Shown here: piece by piece, positions 13,101 through 18,834 of the stretch
How positions within the stretch are numbered: position 1 is the stretch's first letter
How the letters are laid out: each line of letters starts with the position of its first letter
NCBI GenBank assembly: GCA_016218805.1
Contig: JACRCW010000092.1
Span: 62,001 to 126,000 of the forward strand
Length of the DNA stretch: 64,000 nt
Reading direction: 5' to 3'
Origin: Deltaproteobacteria bacterium
GTDB taxonomy: Bacteria > Myxococcota > JACRCW01
Position numbers and translations under genes: made by a program
The notes under the pieces: generated by a model
Seen by the model: the letters and a program-made list of their open reading frames with translations, nothing else
Database searches by the model: none
Told to the model about the DNA's origin: nothing

Positions 13101-13878
13101 GCAGGCCGTGGCGGATGCCGTCCCACAGCAGCGGGTTGGCGGCGGCCGCGCGCGCCAGTCCCTCCGCCGCCTCCGGCGGTGCGGCGGACTGCGGCAGCGG
13201 GTCCGCGCTGCAGGTGATGCGCAGCCCGTCCTCCTCCACGCGCACGGCAATCTCCCGCAGCGCCGAATGGTCCGGCACCTTCCACCCGTGACTGACCAGC
13301 AGCAGGTTCACCGCCCGGCGCACCACGTCCACCCGCCGCACCAGCGGGCTGTCATCCGTCCCGGCGCGCGCCAGCAGGTCCCCCACCGCCGCCAGCGCGC
13401 TGCCCGGCGCATCCCCCACGCGCCGGGCGCGCGTGACCACCAGCTCCAGGTCCGTGGGCGGCGCCGCCAGCGGGGCCACGTGCAGCAGCAGCACGTCCTG
13501 CGCACCGCCGGCGCGCACCTCGGCCTCCAGGCGCAGCTCCCCGTGCGACGCGCTCAGCGTGGCCTGCTCCACCTCCGCACCGCCCAGCGTGGCGGGGAGG
13601 AACGCGCGCAGCGCCCCCAGCGAGATGCGCAGTTCCACGTGCCGGGTCACCAGGCGGCGGTGCTGGAAGCGTTCGGACCCGCCCGCCATGTCCACGGGGA
13701 AGGTCACGTTGGGCACCTGCAGCGCCAGTTCCTCCACCACCACGCCGCGCGGCAGCCCCAGCAGGACGTCCAGCGCCAGCCCACGCGCCTGCAGCAACGC
13801 GCGGCCGTCCGCAAAACGCAGGGCAAAACCCAGCGCGCGCGCTCCGTCGTGAATGGGGGATGTGGTCAGCTCCGCCAA
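1195..13878 (-). CDS. Giant (4227 aa) TPR/alpha-solenoid protein of myxobacterial type
   Basis: Uninterrupted 12.7-kb ORF; TTG start preceded by GGAGG; many TPR-like repeats (e.g. ALRLDPRAPAALRALAELF, ALEVDPEHAAARQALA); distinct N-terminal alpha/beta region. Confidence 0.85.
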   Translation of the reverse strand: MAELTTSPIHDGARALGFALRFADGRALLQARGLALDVLLGLPRGVVVEELALQVPNVTFPVDMAGGSERFQHRRLVTRHVELRISLGALRAFLPATLGGAEVEQATLSASHGELRLEAEVRAGGAQDVLLLHVAPLAAPPTDLELVVTRARRVGDAPGSALAAVGDLLARAGTDDSPLVRRVDVVRRAVNLLLVSHGWKVPDHSALREIAVRVEEDGLRITCSADPLPQSAAPPEAAEGLARAAAANPLLWDGIRHGLPARARLDRAVGHPLALSLLAEALREDPSAREEAAAAMDEALARNPQDPDVTLAWARLRGGSAEDWQRVVAAARVASDPALVHAAALSWARALRGADAGAALSALEVAGEARPTSARVAMEMAQVALAAGRFADAVAAARRALDLPLPAADEAAASLVLGRARMELGDLPGARRALLRAVRHGETSTALEALARLHGAEGRHAEAVRHALRAAELAPPGVERARALALAAESTGGPLGDVAGASPLWQRALSEHDDPAWRAAAAEAAWALRDVELVARWTLGPGAPQGARVSLLGGLALWRLKGRDADALALLERAGTDAGCRTPDWEQAMAELRGRAPEAVTVLPAAPLPLPPRDATVTTREEPTGVTRALVSHGPADEDAPGPGENIHDALPFEADQEEPTQTRQLLAPGVRSPVTVEGLAALSPAEAVGAFVAMWAAPAAPRDALVHVLRRLAGEAPDRALAIVREMRERASDTAADWRALVTGARVRGLPDIERAGLEGLRAASPEDADGVELRLVELLCEHGSAEEALERLVPQALQGASAAICSRAADLAEELGQVDTALRVMEAAEGRAQGLEALQWARRARQAASLAGRHTEAVAAARRAARKGSADDVDQLEDALEAAGEYGALCDALWQRARNELDADRAVRAARLELTASGRGALVAVRGILGVLETGVRLTEPLRGAIRDCVRGAADGEERAQALMRVLAAAVLPEGDRMEAAAELEGLTLPEPLASEAEAAVLSVWPNHAPALARTARRCVESDPARAVRAAMELAKVLAERGGSAMERLTWLRFAATHAQRANPEAEEQAAHQLLELARREPEAARAAGVERRALLWRLADIYEQRNEPEEALRTLSQAEALEGAGEDRAQVFRRLALLEEKLGHGDRAAEALERSFRAHPEDEEVARALQRVLEGRGRHLDLAALHEYRARSTEGPRRTAHLISAADLYAGPLGQPARAVQLCREALRAAPLSDAPLKRLMDLHRTLPPASLVRTCLMVARLRQTPEVASYLEEAGAVLAGIMQRPRLAVAVLQGALRLDPRAPAALRALAELFRAMDRPEDAAAVQLRLLDATPEGPARQELHIARAEILSKELGRDQEAWAELQAAGMDEGEMAWALPLRQQVAERAGRAVDVEAVVALRVKREADPEEAARLALEGARALVRLGAADAAVRVARWATDRHPGYPTAWSALRDVAVLANDIPTQLDATQHLVDMLRERQPQLAAVEAARLGDLARAQGRALDAVRAYGMALQLGRDDGISWKLGEALLAAGDAPEAWAVLGRLEPSHAAGVTEEAFARTLARAATEAGVFESAALWGRVTELSPGDADAWRRLGAAAEAAGAWSQAADAWGRAATLVEGPLERARFLRRQARALADASRHAEAADVLQTARALGVGPPAEYVLLARWRLSAADAAAAARALLQGRDEGAEIPEEILAETALRLAQTGARALARELLLPVTQAATPALAGALLELRGADLPPREQARLLLAVASAAVEASQRAELLERAAHQAWTAGDAEEAVRAAAAAVAAETTPARQRLALGWALESGRLADVGALLEAVPPDVAAQLGERAEALGRLADLPDALIQKWASLPRASPAALSELARRALDRPAGEKEALLTELAQAADRAAGEGGAPQGEAAVRQLAEMFAQRGDFEAARAWSLKLRAPAVEDLRRRLAWFQELERWRDVLDTLGRLCPLLPASEEPAAREQAVEVARDRLEDPAAALPHCRRWADLVPDHRPARAALVELLEETGALREAAAEVSSWAERQQGVEAQALWSKALQLAVDVADPALTLETARRAHAALPSREHARAHAEALRAAGQLAEAAEVRAHAAEEAGEEDEVLAAADELDEAGQGTRAGELLLRAFPSPRGGLLEERVLDVLSRARLHRALADRLRAGLTAHGDEGARLRFLQWMPRVSTTPMEVARVTREAAENADRADLWMDAARASVAVGLLEDARAQVDRAYARGGRGEDVTAVRTALAPEAGAPRRVLEGAPGWEEHGWLAGDLPDALPALEARASWTLRRVEARAAQDARVDVAVAALRELLRRGMAVDGDFIRRRPYLAGDAGRALLRELVSLRPHLGPAACDVAVVAGPAAVRDLAWTWAQLANTDAEAADALDRLAGAAANELDADAEYRALWGAQARVATPRRARRLLELARARGDREHQLEALEQLARLGPAEQAAAWQAERGQLLLEEGRLVDAMDALQAGQAPAPLWEAAWRRAAAAGAEALQARALEHVADSGADMLALAALWLRLERFDDAAAWIGHARQAGVPPAAADWAEADLHALRRDADEERRVLTSLAAQGSVAAVDALSRLAGADENAELSVLRDLVATAEPAVVLDALRRVAARGPATCARVTDALAGWCDPDGGFPPALQRAAELLGSEEPDVAAAQILGGVAERLGFPEVARRAFEVLSQQPGAKGRDALRVLATVARRQGRPDEERSLLAMLLVQDPAQPAVHERVAALADGHDAWLHVLAAGALAGTTGEALARVRAAARDGRDELWADQCGAALLGAQGTLGEPVGRRLGLAEREALAAQRGFPPAALVLLVEEARREGARDRLRDALEAALAHGRVPPEQAHLELAGLWEESGVPRRALHHVARALDLLPGDGSLLKRRVDLARAAGDTRALAEALVEAARKLPEERAADPLLEAAHLWTDRLADPVRALEILEAYPGADARIRTLRVELARLQGDPARLATALEAALDADTGTDPRALAALDAADAFEVAGEPSRAMAVLNRVAAQSAAACAAVRDAALARGAPLRALAAVRARWSAADRDERRELVGAWLARRTAGGEAVVLEGSRDLALMQSNSDAEDAATLLWLCRDAEHARRWEAAVQRWQQLAALSVAHALPEEVTAALLTEGVAVLARTGSLDEAERLAVRRIEKDPSDRSAVEVLLAAARGRGDAADVVRLLSTIARHTGVPAEKAFIWREAAEWLGGPLMDPQGAVNALRAAGSARPLTPAEAEWMARLAAQAQDSASELDALDAAAADGAARVRGALRRAELMELRDRPAEDTLAALRDALGDPGSVVAAAQKLADMALRTARAADALGWLGAVAPPTGRREATRYWQSRALLAEAAGVAPEAIKAHAELASLGENRSAARVAHWMMKSGRPAQAARAYLDAASRESAASVKAELLREAVTAWEAVPDAAAADDARLQLLEVDPRDITTFDAVEVRLRRQGKTARLAPLAQRVAAAQEEPTARAAMFERAGTLWRDVGGDEAQAAAAFGSALEADPLRSRVALALADLAFRRNNLEAAARWFARVPDSADGDLPGVPAAEVAYRRGACLESTGGDGRAALRRALEVDPEHAAARQALARAAERHGDPMEAVRTLMEARDVPSASDEPRAFAAWMLRQAATLQNAGQGTAARALLERAHTALPGNPSLLRALALSRLEDDAAAAAVLFRRVAQLAGAPDERQLAFRDEAAAWEKAGNARARAEALLQAVLAGGADAAVLVSAVDAAAAAEAEDLLATLAGPLHAAQPPVDLPPALHRALAQALRQERNVPPEQLLRHAEAALAADDGWRGRLLAVDAARRAGAHAAWVGHVEAALRNVADPKMGATLAADAARVAFVELRDAARGAALVRTAVGLAGTDAKLRARLTDLFPAPPPDPALAEAAARALLDDNADLPEAYTWLERAFVSRSQPRRAQLAREAAALLAGKPPPPPPETPLPSESGRALALSKDASWLAPGEFPVHMARLASSWNRELHALLERPEIPSRSLSGDEARRLAADIRFARSLADGTLPVVITEQPGAFIGGLTGPHLVLGPDVVRAPDAVRRAVMAVGFATVRWGLEPSVCSSTLELTELMRAMAAFLGRPPEQQTPRSRELAQVLEKALRSRVANQPDDERAAAVEALNDGRLPGVDEGRALLGRVAFLAAGSLAVALDALDRMAWMEKPGAFKTMWSRGLLRWACLEEGLEARQRLGLEEAAGA

Positions 13879-13985
13879 CGGCCCCTCCAGGCGGCGCGCA
13901 AGCTACTCCGTCACCCCGGCTTTCCCCAACTGCACCCGCGGCGGACGCATCACAGCCTGGCAGGTGCCTGAAAGGGGCCAGAGAG

Positions 13986-14078
13986 GTGTGGCCCAGCCGC
14001 CCCCGGCTGGGCCGCGTCAATGCGATGGAACCCTCAACGGCCCTCCTGCGCGGCACAGCCGGGGCGGCTGTGCCACAC
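13986..14078. repeat. Inverted REP pair (REPIN/BIME-like)
   Basis: GTGT-GGCCCAGCCG-CCCC-CGGCTGGGCC at 13986-14013 (+) and GTGT-GGCACAGCCG-CCC-CGGCTGTGCC at 14052-14078 (-); both have 10-bp perfect stems and a GTGG foot. Confidence 0.85.
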
Positions 14079-14295
14079 CGCGCTTGGCTGTGCCACCGCG
14101 ATATTCCGTCCCAGAATGCAATCGCCCTGCATCTCGCCCTGGATTCGGCGGAGGTCCCTGGCCCGCGGGCACTGCCAGAAACTACCGCGGCCTCCTGCGG
14201 CTGGGTGGCTGTGGGCACGTGCCGTTTTCTGCGGGTGGGGCAACGCTGCTATTGGGATTGACCCGGAACGCGGAACTGAAGATGTGAGGACCGTC

Positions 14296-16344
14296 ATGAT
14301 GGGGCGCTGGCTGAGACGGGCCGTCATGCTGGCAGCGCTGCTGGCCTTTCCCGCGGTCCAGTGGCTGCCTGCGTCCTGGCTGGAGACCCTGTCCAACCGC
14401 TGGGCTGCCCCGCCCCAACCCTTCCTCCACGCGGAGTTGGAGTCGCGGGTGGCGTTCTTTCACAAGGGCTGGACGGAGGAGGGCCCCAGTTTCCAGTTCG
14501 CCGTCACCGAGTATGACGAGGTGAATCGCGCTCACACCACCCACCTCCTCCAAGGACCCGTGGGTTCAGCCGATCCAGCCGCCACCTTTTTGGTCACGCC
14601 CGTCACCACACGCCCACCACCGGACCAACCAGGCCCCGTGGAGGCCTACGCCTCCTCTCCCGCCGCGGTCCTCAACGCAGTCGCCGAGCAGGCGCGCGAG
14701 GCACGGCTGCGACGGCAGGCCCGCGAGTTCCAGTTCGGCGTGTTCCCGAGCCGCTTTGTCATCACGGAGTTGCACGCTGACCTGGCGGAGCCGGGCCGCC
14801 GGTGGACGCGGGAAAGTATCGCCCAGGCGCTGCGCGTGGAGCGGTCCTTTGTCATGGGACTGGAGGGGGGTGATCAGTATCTGCAGGCTTTGTCCGTCGT
14901 GATGCGCCTCAGGCTCCAGGTCGGCATCGCCGGCCGGGAGATCCGGTGGGATGACAGCCTGGTCCTGGCGCTCGACCAGGACCGGCTGCGCCGTGAAGCC
15001 TTGCGACCCAGGCGCCTGGCACTGGCCGCAGCGCACCTGGGGGTAGACGCCGCCTCCCTCCTGCTGACGTTGATCGCGTGGATGTGGATCATGGTCCGGC
15101 TCGTCCGGTCACGGCGGAGCCCGCTGGTGGGCCCGCGCGGGCTGCGTTGGGCCGCGTTCATGAGCGCGCTGGCCGTCCCGGGCTGGGGCGCGGCTGTTGA
15201 ATCGGATCGGCTCGGGCGCATGGGGCACCACTACGCCGCGCTCACTGATGATGGCACTGACCTGTGGCGGCAACTGGCGCTCGGGCCTCCGGAACGTCAC
15301 CACGACCTGCTCATCTGGAGCGACGCCCGGGAGCGGTTCGACTTCCAAATCAGCAGAATGGATCCGCTGGATTGGAGCCGATTTGCTGTGAGCATGTCCC
15401 CGGAGATGACCGTAGAGCTGCGCCGCCACCTGCACTTCATCCATCCCAACAACCGCATCACCGAGATGCTGGAGCACCCGCTGGCGTGGCTCCAGCGTGG
15501 AGCGGAAGACAGGTTTGCACGTGACCTCGCCGTGCGCGTCCACGTGCACCTGGATGCAGAGCGCCGGCTCTTTGCCGTGCTGCTGGAGGAGGCGCCCTGG
15601 GCACAGCCGTCCATGACCAGCAACCGCAGGTTCTCCATCGAGGGAGGCGTGCTCTTTCCGTTGGAGACGCGCACGGATCGTGACGTCGCGCTTACGTTGC
15701 TCAAGGGCATCCACATGCTGTTCCGGCCCAGCCCAACGCTGGCTGATACAGAACAGAAGCTGGCTGCCGTGCTGGATTCCCCGGCGGAGCAGGTGCGCGC
15801 GTGGGTCACGCTGTGGCTGGTCATGGCCAGTATGTTGACGGCCGCCGCGTTGCTGGCGTGGCTCCAATACCTCCGCGCGATTCAGTCCGCCCTCCGGGCG
15901 CGCCTCGGCGAGTCCGCACGTCCCATGGAAGTCATCGTTCTCGCGGCGCTGCGGACGGAAGCTCAAACGGCTCGTTTGAGCGCCCTGGGCGAGGTGCACC
16001 TGCACCGTGCGCGGGTGGCGCAGGAGAATGAGGCGACCCTTGCTCGGCAGCAGCAGTTGGAACAGCGGCGTATGCGGCGCGCCGAAGAGCAGCGGGCATC
16101 GCACACGGGCCACGCCGCGGAGGAAGGGCCGTCATTTGCGGAGATTTCCAAGCAGGCGGCCGAGTTGCGGGCGGCCGTGCTGGCGGATGCGAAGATCGAC
16201 GGTGAACTGCGCGGGGAGGTGCTTGGCGAGCTTGACCAGATAGCTGCCGCGCGCAACGCCCGACGGGTGTGGCCCAGCCGCCCCTGGCAGCGTCATGGTG
16301 TAGAGCCCCGAGTGTCCATCCAGGCGCGCCATATCCACCGGTAG
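14296..16344 (+). CDS. Hypothetical multi-pass membrane protein; C-terminus probably truncated or replaced by REP/RAYT sequence
   Basis: ATG at 14296 after GAGGA; hydrophobic N-terminus, further TM-like segments and a charged helical tail; last ~25 codons read through a REP and overlap the RAYT 3' end. Confidence 0.65.
   Translation: MMGRWLRRAVMLAALLAFPAVQWLPASWLETLSNRWAAPPQPFLHAELESRVAFFHKGWTEEGPSFQFAVTEYDEVNRAHTTHLLQGPVGSADPAATFLVTPVTTRPPPDQPGPVEAYASSPAAVLNAVAEQAREARLRRQAREFQFGVFPSRFVITELHADLAEPGRRWTRESIAQALRVERSFVMGLEGGDQYLQALSVVMRLRLQVGIAGREIRWDDSLVLALDQDRLRREALRPRRLALAAAHLGVDAASLLLTLIAWMWIMVRLVRSRRSPLVGPRGLRWAAFMSALAVPGWGAAVESDRLGRMGHHYAALTDDGTDLWRQLALGPPERHHDLLIWSDARERFDFQISRMDPLDWSRFAVSMSPEMTVELRRHLHFIHPNNRITEMLEHPLAWLQRGAEDRFARDLAVRVHVHLDAERRLFAVLLEEAPWAQPSMTSNRRFSIEGGVLFPLETRTDRDVALTLLKGIHMLFRPSPTLADTEQKLAAVLDSPAEQVRAWVTLWLVMASMLTAAALLAWLQYLRAIQSALRARLGESARPMEVIVLAALRTEAQTARLSALGEVHLHRARVAQENEATLARQQQLEQRRMRRAEEQRASHTGHAAEEGPSFAEISKQAAELRAAVLADAKIDGELRGEVLGELDQIAAARNARRVWPSRPWQRHGVEPRVSIQARHIHR
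16267..16288 (+). repeat. Degenerate REP at the RAYT 3' end
   Basis: 16266-16284 is identical over 19 nt to 13985-14003 (ggtgtggcccagccgcccc); second arm has decayed. Confidence 0.75.
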
Positions 16345-16745
16345 TCCGCAGGCAACCCGGCCCGCAGAGGGTTGTTGCAGATGTACTGCGCCGTCTTGAG
16401 CAGTCCCTCATCGTTCCGCAACAGCCGATCGTAGGATTCGTCCTGCCATAGCCGGCCGCGGCGGCCCAATGCCCGGTTCACCGAATGCGCAGACGCGCCC
16501 TTGATGGAGCTCATGATGGCCTGGACGGCGTGGCCTTCCCGTTGCTGGAAGAGAAGGTGGACGTGGTCCGGCATCACGACGGCGCAGTAGAGTTCAACCC
16601 GGACGCCGTGCTCCCGGACGCAGTGCGCCAGCACGACATCGCGGGCTTCCGGTGGCAGCACCCAGCGTCCGTGCGTCCTGAAGGTCACAAACACCGGTGA
16701 TACGCCGTCGTCGTAATGCGGGAGGTTGCGGCGGTAGAACCTCAA
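16293..16745 (-). mobile_element. REP-associated tyrosine transposase (RAYT/TnpA-REP, HUH Y1 family)
   Basis: TTG start after GGAGGA; YRRNLPH, FVTF, HUH motif MPDHVHLL, WQDESYDRLLR, catalytic Tyr in YICNNP; flanked by REP hairpins; no tnpB. Confidence 0.92.
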
Positions 16746-16825
16746 TGTTCCTCCGGGTGTGATCGCGCAGGATTGTGGTCCCTGCCGGTGGACAGCCCAC
16801 AGGATCCCAAAGAGCCGTTGTAGTA

Positions 16826-17013
16826 GTGGCGCAGCCGGCCCCGGCTGTGCCGATGCATGGCGACGCCACGGGTGTCCCGTTGGCGTCCCGGCCGGGGGCG
16901 GCCGGGCCACACCGCGCTGGCGTGCACCTGGCCGAAACGGCATTGTTCGCATCCCACCCGCGGCACCGCTCCTCCTGCACGGCACAGCCGGGGCGGCTGT
17001 GCCACACCGCGCT
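16826..17013. repeat. Cluster of three REP hairpins upstream of RAYT
   Basis: GTGGCGCAGCCG-GCCC-CGGCTGTGCC at 16826-16851 (+); GTGTGGCCCGGCCG-CCCC-CGGCCGGGAC at 16885-16912 (-); GTGTGGCACAGCCG-CCC-CGGCTGTGCC at 16981-17007 (-); extra hairpin at 16862-16887. Confidence 0.85.
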
Positions 17014-17050
17014 GTTGTGCTCCCTATCACGCAATTCCGTCTGGGCGAGG

Positions 17051-17322
17051 CAGGTCCAGACCCGGGTGATACTGAAATCCTGAGCAGGTAGAGGCAGGTC
17101 CAGACCTCCCCAAGGCACTGCCCGGAGTGGGGGGGGCCAGGTCCAGACCTGGGGGGGGGCTACTGATCGAAGCGGTTGGGGCAGGTCCAGACCTGCCCAG
17201 ACCACTGTCCGGAGTGGGGGGGGCAGGTCCGGACCTGGGGGGGGGTACTGATCGGAGTGGTTGAGGCAGGTCCGAACCTGGTTGGAGGCCTGAACGGAGC
17301 CCTGCGACCAGGTAGGACTTTG
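17051..17322. repeat. Tandem array with 42-44-bp period, built from palindrome CAGGTCCAGACCTG alternating with a CACTGTCCGGAGTG-like box
   Basis: Copies start at 17051, 17095, 17138, 17182, 17224 and 17267, with a degenerate copy at 17309. Confidence 0.9.
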
Positions 17323-17326
17323 TGCC

Positions 17327-18079
17327 TCAGACAGGAATAGGCTGGTCCGAGGCCGCTTTGGGCGCGGCAGGGGCGCTCTTCCACGCTTCCACGGGGGCCA
17401 GCAGCCGGCGGGCGCGCTCTTCGGTGGCCGGTTGGTCCGGCTCCACGCTGGCGGCCACCTTGATGACCCAATCCCGCAGGGAGTTGTTGAGGGCCTGCAG
17501 CGGCTCCAACAGGCCCGGCACCGCGGTTGGCACCGCGTTGACCTCGGTGATGCCGAGCACGCGGCCGTATTCGGTATGGGCCGCGCGCGTTTGGTTGACC
17601 AGGTCCCCCAGGCCAAGCGCGTTCACGGCCGCCGCGATCTCCGCATCTTCCAAACGGCTGAGGCGTGTGTCGGATTCCGCCCATTGCTTCAGGAACGGAA
17701 TCTGCGTGAAGGCCATCCCATCGGGGAAGACAGCCTCTTGGATGGTGGTGGCCGCAGCGCGCTTTTCGGGAAGGAGGGGAAAGCGCACGTATCCTTCCAC
17801 AATGCACTTCAGGCCACTCCAGCACGCGTCTTCGGTCAAATCCGCCTCGCGGGCCGCGGTGGGGTCACCATTGTTGGCGGGTGCCTGCGCCTTGGCGGCG
17901 CGCTGCACCACTTGCAGCGCCGCAACCACGCGGCCCAGCGCCCGGGACAGGGCTCCTTCAAGCGGTGCGCGCTGGGCCTCCGCGTCCGCCGTGGTCTTCA
18001 CCTGCGTGGCCAGTGCAATGGCGCCGGGCACGTCCAGGCGCGGCAGCACAACGAGTTCCGCGTCATAAATCCTGCTCAT
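17327..18079 (-). CDS. All-helical hypothetical protein, DUF6261-like
   Basis: 250-aa ORF with purine-rich RBS; the pattern ADLTEDACWSGL...PEKRAAATTI...FPDG...VNALGLGDLVNQTRAAHTEY resembles DUF6261-type helical bundles (by eye). Confidence 0.65.
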   Translation of the reverse strand: MSRIYDAELVVLPRLDVPGAIALATQVKTTADAEAQRAPLEGALSRALGRVVAALQVVQRAAKAQAPANNGDPTAAREADLTEDACWSGLKCIVEGYVRFPLLPEKRAAATTIQEAVFPDGMAFTQIPFLKQWAESDTRLSRLEDAEIAAAVNALGLGDLVNQTRAAHTEYGRVLGITEVNAVPTAVPGLLEPLQALNNSLRDWVIKVAASVEPDQPATEERARRLLAPVEAWKSAPAAPKAASDQPIPV

Positions 18080-18097
18080 GGTCTCTTCCCCTCTGGG

Positions 18098-18119
18098 TTG
18101 CCGGCGGGAGTGCCGGCAA
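18098..18119. promoter_or_regulatory. Stem-loop just upstream of the DUF6261-like gene
   Basis: TTGCCGGC-GGGAGT-GCCGGCAA, 8-bp perfect stem, no U-tract. Confidence 0.35.
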
Positions 18120-18174
18120 GGCGGCGCAGGCTGCCAGAGGCAGGGTGGTGCCGCAACAAAGATCTCACGGAGCC

Positions 18175-18834
18175 TCAGGGCACGGAATACGGGGGCGTCT
18201 CAAGCCCGTCAGCGAATCGCACCGTGACATCGTGCGGACCCGTGCGGTGGAACATTGACGGCGCCGAATACGTGCTTTCGCCCGTGCGGGTGACTGCGCC
18301 CGCAGTCTGGCCGTCCACGAGCAACTCGCCGCTTTCCGGCAGCGGTGTGGCTGAGGTGAGCGCCACCACCGTTTCGAACGGAAGCCGTTTGAGGAGTGTG
18401 ATGCGCGGCCGGGCATCCAGGTACTGCACGATGACCACCCCTGAGCGGCCTGCGGACGTCTCCACCTCCAGCAGGCCGGCGCCGGTCATCTCCGTGGGGA
18501 CCAGGACCGTCAGTTCCGTGTCCGATACCTGCGCGGGCCGGACCCAGCGGGCGCGCGTCTGGCCCACCGTGCCGCCGACGATGCGCACGAGGAGGTCTTC
18601 GCGATCCGTCCCGAATCCAGCCCCGGCAATGACAAGCGGCTTCCCTGGGATTGGACGCGGAACGGACATCCCGGTGACGCGAACCGGTCCGGCCTCCTCA
18701 GCGCCAGGATGCCTCTCGGCCGGGAACCACTCACGCCGGCGTGGTGGGTCACCGTCATCCCGCGGCGCCACGGCGCAGGAGGTGGTTCCGGCCAACAAGA
18801 GCATCAACGCGGCTGAGCCAACGGCGGTTCTCAT
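18175..18834 (-). CDS. Probable lipoprotein with IPT/TIG (Ig-like) domain
   Basis: Signal peptide ending TTSC; PGKPLVIAGAGFG...VSDTELTVLVP is IPT/TIG-like; GGAGG RBS and ATGA overlap with the upstream gene. Confidence 0.65.
   Translation of the reverse strand: MRTAVGSAALMLLLAGTTSCAVAPRDDGDPPRRREWFPAERHPGAEEAGPVRVTGMSVPRPIPGKPLVIAGAGFGTDREDLLVRIVGGTVGQTRARWVRPAQVSDTELTVLVPTEMTGAGLLEVETSAGRSGVVIVQYLDARPRITLLKRLPFETVVALTSATPLPESGELLVDGQTAGAVTRTGESTYSAPSMFHRTGPHDVTVRFADGLETPPYSVP

Noticed and set aside
1073..13971. Long plus-strand ORFs (e.g. 2881-7008, 5120-9226, 10568-13291)
   Set aside because: Antisense shadows of the giant TPR gene caused by stop-codon scarcity at high GC; low-complexity A/S/R translations
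16293..16745. IS200/IS605 element with TnpB
   Set aside because: No tnpB; the motifs and multiple GTGG-footed hairpins fit RAYT
17051..17322. CRISPR array
   Set aside because: The repeat is only 14 bp, the intervening sequences resemble each other and contain a second conserved box, and no cas genes are in the window
16594..17616. 340-aa minus-strand ORF through the array (GLDLP repeats)
   Set aside because: Overlaps RAYT and the DUF6261-like gene out of frame, and the repeat frame is not maintained across units
17051..18079. Bona fide TIGR-Tas locus
   Set aside because: The architecture is reminiscent, but the adjacent protein lacks recognisable Nop/IS110 motifs and the unit is 42 nt with low-complexity spacers
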